Shown here: piece after piece, positions 59,448-64,000 of the stretch
Layout of the letters: every line of letters begins with the position of its first letter
Position numbering within the stretch: the first letter of the stretch is position 1
Source of the DNA: Macrostomum lignano
Lineage: Eukaryota
Reading direction: 5' to 3'
DNA length: 64,000 bases
NCBI GenBank assembly: GCA_002269645.1
Contig: NIVC01001252.1
Span: 154,975-218,974, forward strand
Notes under the pieces: generated by a model
What the model saw: the letters and a program-made list of their open reading frames with translations, nothing else
Told to the model about the DNA's origin: nothing
Databases searched by the model: none
Made by a program: the position numbers and the translations under genes

Positions 59448-60935
59448 ATGTACTCTCGGCTATCTGCGCTTCTTCCTGTGCTGCTGCTCGCTGGCGCTGC
59501 TGACGCAACGTTGCCGTCGTGGCACCGGACGGTCAGTGTGGCTCACAGAATCGCCAGCCAGGTGAAGCGTACTGGACCCGCTAGGTGCTTCTGCAGGAAT
59601 CTCAGCCAGCTGGCTCGGAAGAACCTCCTGGACGCGGCTGGCCATCTGCAGGACTTCAGGGATCGCCTGGCGGCCAGCAACCGCCTCAGGGGCAAGTCGC
59701 TGGATCGCCAGGTGAAACAGTTCGAAGCCGCGCTGTTGCTGAAAATTGACGCCCTGCTGCTCACCGGCAACGGCACCGGAGCTGGTGACTTCCTGCGGTG
59801 CCACTTCCGCCGGATCAAAGCGACTGCGCTGCTGATGGCGCAGGTGAGGCTGCAAGAGATGGCGGAAGCCGAGCAGCTCTGGTGAGTCTTGCTGGGACTG
59901 AGTCCGTTTTTATCCTCAACTCTGATTGTCCCTATCGTCCAGATCCACCCAGCTCTTCACTGACATGTCTATGGCAGCCTAATAGCCCTAGCCTAATCCG
60001 CCTAGCACCTTATCCAACTCTGTGCTTATCCAACTCTGTGCTTATCCAACTCTGTGCTTATCCAACTCTGTGCTTATCCAACTCTGTGCTTATCCAACTC
60101 TGTGCTTATCCAACTCTGTGCTTATCCAACTCTGTGCTTATCCAACTCTGTGCTTATCCAACTCTGTGCTTATCCAACTCTGTGCTTATCCAACTCTGTG
60201 CTTATCCAACTCTGTGCTTATCCAACTCTGTGCTTATCCAACTCTGTGCTTATCCAACTCTGTGCTTATCCAACTCTGTGCTTATCCAACTCTGTGCTTA
60301 TCCAACTCTGTGCTTATCCAACTCTGTGCTTATCCAACTCTGTGCTTATCCAACTCTGTGCTTATCCAACTCTGTGCTTATCCAACTCTGTGCTTATCCA
60401 ACTCTGTGCTTATCCAACTCTGTGCTTATCCAACTCTGTGCTTATCCAACTCTGTGCTTATCCAACTCTGTGCTTATCCAACTCTGTGCTTATCCAACTC
60501 TGTGCTTATCCAACTCTGTGCTTATCCAACTCTGTGCTTATCCAACTCTGTGCTTATCCAACTCTGTGCTTATCCAACTCTGTGCTTATCCAACTCTGTG
60601 CTTATCCAACTCTGTCAAACCACATTTTTCGATTCAGGCGGCAGCTCAGTCATCACCTGGCTGAAGCGCAGTCGCATCTGAAGCCCGGCCTGCAGCGAAT
60701 GTACATCCTGATGGCGCTGAGAGATGCTAGCTCCCAGCTCGGCCACAGAAGCTCGGTGATGCAGCTCGAGTCGGAGGCTGAGGCACTCGCGACGGCTTCC
60801 CGCAGCTGGCTCAGCCCTGTGCCTCGTGCCGACAGGGAGTTCCGGTACTTTCGGGACCTGGCGACTGCTCAGACGCTACTGCGACTCGTTGATGAGGCAG
60901 CGGAAGGCTTGACTGACCCAGCCGTTTGTCCGTAG
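59448..60935 (+). CDS. Secreted, predicted alpha-helical protein, 243 aa, 2 exons, unknown family
   Basis: Exon 1 at 59448-59881 (signal peptide MYSRLSALLPVLLLAGAADA, donor TG|GTGAG) joins in phase to exon 2 at 60638-60935 (TTCAG|G). Host-like GC-rich codons. Confidence 0.72.
60008..60615. repeat. 16-bp perfect minisatellite (CTTATCCAACTCTGTG)
   Basis: About 38 copies in the intron of the 243-aa secreted gene. Confidence 0.96.
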
Positions 60936-61799
60936 GCTCTTCTGCCAACAAAATCAACATTGATTGGAACATTGAATTTGCAGATACTCGTACTTATTCA
61001 GATCAAAAATGATTATTTATTTTTTGCTTGGTGCGAGCATAGCTTCTTCTTCTCTAGTCAACATAGTGCTAGGCTTCTATTCTCAGGTTTTTTTTCTCGA
61101 TTGTTTCCTCTCTATTTAGCCGAAAGTCTCGAGATTGTTTATAAAGCCTTATTTTTTATTTAGTGATTTGTCAAGCATTTTATGAAGAGTTTTTCTTCGA
61201 TTAGACTTGTTTTTTTTCCTTGTAACCCACTGCTCACCCATCACTATTCTGAAATTCCAATTAAGCTGCTTAGCGCGTCACTTTTGTTTTTAATTCAATT
61301 TGAACGATAACAAATTTTATTTTCCTGGAGCAGTTTTACCTTGTTTGCGTTTTAGATTGCCAAATTTTATGCTGTTTAGGTCTGTCTGTTATTTTATGTG
61401 ATGGGTTATATAAAATACTATATTATTTAACTATATTAAGCCATACTTTAATACTTTAATATAGTATACATACTACAAGCTGTTGAAGCCCGCAGATTTT
61501 AAACCCGTTGAATTCCAATTCCCGGGCTATTTTTGCATGCATTCTAAAATCTGAAGTCACACTCAAACAAAAACTTGCTAATAGTTTGGATGGATACAGG
61601 TAAGCAAACTTGAAGTAAATAGTAAAAAAGTTTATATAGAAAGAAACAAACCGAATCTAAGACTACGCAAAAACTTACAGAATCAGGACAGTAATCTCAC
61701 ACAATAATTTTTAGGTAAGGAGATAAGATTATTTTGTAGCTTTTAAGTAAAATGAAGAAGCGATAGCCATTGCTGCCACCCCCCAATCAGCTGGCAAGG

Positions 61800-62175
61800 C
61801 ATGTGGCGCCCCTTACCAGCACGCTTGGCGCCCCCCTCCCTTACCAGCACGCTTGGCGCCCCCTTCTTACCAGCAGGCTTGGCGCCCCTTACCAGCAGGC
61901 TTGGCGCCAACCTTACCAGCAGGCTTGGCGCCCCCCCCTTACCAGCAGGCTTGGCGCCCCCACCCCGCTTACCGCAGCTCAGGCTTGGCGCCCCTTACCA
62001 GCAGGCTTGGCGCCCCCTTACCAGCAGGCTTGGCGCCAACCTTACCAGCAGGCTTGGCCGCCCCCCCCTTACCAGCAGGCTTGGCGCCCCCTTACCAGCA
62101 GGCTTGGCGCCAACCTTACCAGCAGGCTTGGCGCCCCCCCCCCCTTACCAGCAGGCTTGGCGCCCCCTTACCAGC
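61800..62175. repeat. ~22-bp GC-rich minisatellite (GGCTTGGCGCCCCCTTACCAGCA)
   Basis: About 15 copies with variable C-run. Confidence 0.9.
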
Positions 62176-63224
62176 ACGCCCAATCATAAATCCAGGCTAC
62201 ACCCCTGGTCTAAAACTAAGTGACAGGATATTTTACTCAGGACAGGATATTTAGAGAAAGCAAAAAAGTACGCAAGGCATCAGCCCTTGCTTGAACAAAA
62301 AGGCAGAGGCCCGATGGAATAATTGAAATTCTGTGAATGAACACAGATTGTCACGATTGTTGCCTCAATCACATTCGAAGAGAGTTGCTTGACGATTAGA
62401 CTGGTTGCTGAGTCGCAGAGGCTCAGAAACCATTTTTTACCTCAAGGGCCTGCTGGGTCTGATGAGAGTGGAACGGAGAGGTAATAGAAGATAAGAGATG
62501 AGAGATGGAGAGCGGAAAGAGGAGAAGGGGAGAAGAAAAAGATAGGAAAGAGGAGAGAGGAAAGGGAGAAAAGAGAGGAGAGAAGAAAAGAATGAAAACA
62601 GACACCAAACTTTGAGCAGACGGGATTGCTATTGTAAAGTTTCAAAGCACTCGAGGGCGGATAGCGCGGCAAGAACTAAATGGAAACTGTTGGCGCCAGC
62701 TGCTGATTCCAATGAGCTGTGGTCTGGGAATTAAATCAAATTTTCGGTAAAAAAGCTATATTTAGCTTGCATTTAAATAATGAACTTTTGTCATTAACTG
62801 TCAGAAAAGGTCGACAAAGTGCTTCGGCCTTTGAAGCACAGCCATTTGATATTTGAAATCCGACGAATAAAACTACATGAAGTGACAACTCTTATCGGCA
62901 GCCCTCGCACTCTTGCTGAATACCCGCTGAACGGGTCCGTCGCCACTAGTGAAAATTCGTTCCAAACTGTTTCACTCGTGTCGATAAGGCCAAGGGGATT
63001 GAATTAGTTGCATAATCTCCAGCCACACGTGAACTACACGAACTTCTTACGCCATGCAGGCACGACGTGCTATACGGTTCAACATGACCCCAGCCAGTTA
63101 GAATGACAAAGTCCCCAGCGATCCCACCAGTATTTATAACCAAATTGTTTGCTACCGAGAGTCCAAGACAAGAGTCGAAACATCTCCGCGCGGTTCCATA
63201 TAAAGAAATCCTTTGGAAAGAAGT

Positions 63225-63935
63225 ATGAGCTTGAAGCTTCGATTGGTTCTGCGCGGTCTTCATCCTGACCTGCTGCTCCCTGAGTCAGGGTCACCACACC
63301 GATTGATCAGGAGCAAATCAAGCAGAGCTCAAGAAGTACCTCTGAAGCTGAACTCGATCCAAGACACTGGACAACAATCGCTCGACAGGATCTCAAGACG
63401 GCCACCGAAGTATTCAACCAGAGGACTGACTACAGGGCCAAGAATGCCATTCTCTTCCTCGGAGACGGAATGGGCATCACATCCGTCACAGCTGGGCGCA
63501 TCCTTAAAGGCAGCTTGACGGAAAAAGCGGCGAAGAGGCAACGCTGGAATTTGAGAAGTTCCCTCACACAGGCCTGTCAAAGACGTACAACACTGACATG
63601 CAGACTCCGGACAGCGCGGGGACCGCCACTGCCTACCTGTGTGGAGTGAAGGCAAAGTTTGTACGATGGCATGAACGAACTCGTGACAACAAGCAACTGC
63701 ACATCCCAGCTCAAGGAGCGCTACGTCAACTCATTCTTGACTGAAGCCCAGCAGCTCGGCAAAGTCGGTCGGCATCCGTCACCACAACGAGAATCACGCA
63801 TGCAACGCCGGGTGCGGCGTACTCGCATACATCTTCACGAAACTGGGAGGATGACACCGACAGGAACGAGGATGTTGAGGATGAGTCCGTGCGATGGATG
63901 TGCCCGACATTGCCCAACAGCTGGTAGACAATGCT
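63225..63935 (+). pseudogene. ALPL: Alkaline phosphatase 5' portion with several single-base frameshifts (pseudogene or assembly errors)
   Basis: Pieced across frames: [62 protein letters not shown] (catalytic Ser motif), GIVTTTRITHATPGAAYSH..RNWEDD, PDIAQQLV. Frame breaks near 63510, 63660, 63770 and 63895, plus in the signal-peptide region. Confidence 0.85.
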
Positions 63936-64000
63936 ATTAATTTTACTGTCATCTTTGGTGGTGGTGCACTAAAATTTCTGCCTAATACTGAGACAACTTT

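Overview
Repeat-rich metazoan genomic DNA: GT-AG introns, GC-rich exons, and a private minisatellite in almost every intron. This style suggests a free-living flatworm such as Macrostomum, which is inference only. Exon structures were reconstructed by hand from splice phases. Genes: (1) a minus-strand TRPC channel gene with 10 coding exons from 30520 to 1409, running off the left edge; (2) a complete 7-exon, 404-aa Delta/Serrate-like (DSL) membrane-protein gene nested antisense in one TRPC intron, with no EGF repeats; (3) CEP76 with 5 exons, whose first exon lies in an AT-rich island; (4) two orphan secreted-protein genes and one orphan ORF; (5) a multiply frameshifted alkaline phosphatase at the right end. 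Mobile elements: an intact Chapaev (Transib/RAG1-related) DNA transposon with 125-bp TIRs and a 4-bp TSD in a TRPC intron; a tRNA-derived SINE; and a 48.5-56.9 kb pile-up of a Harbinger relic, a full-length CsRn1-like Gypsy, a Tc1/IS630-like relic, a MITE and a Crypton-like relic. Most long ORFs in the supplied track are tandem-repeat artefacts. No rRNA, genuine tRNA gene or CRISPR array was seen. The most striking observations are the nested EGF-less DSL gene, the inverted 41-bp arrays bracketing it, and the intact Chapaev element.
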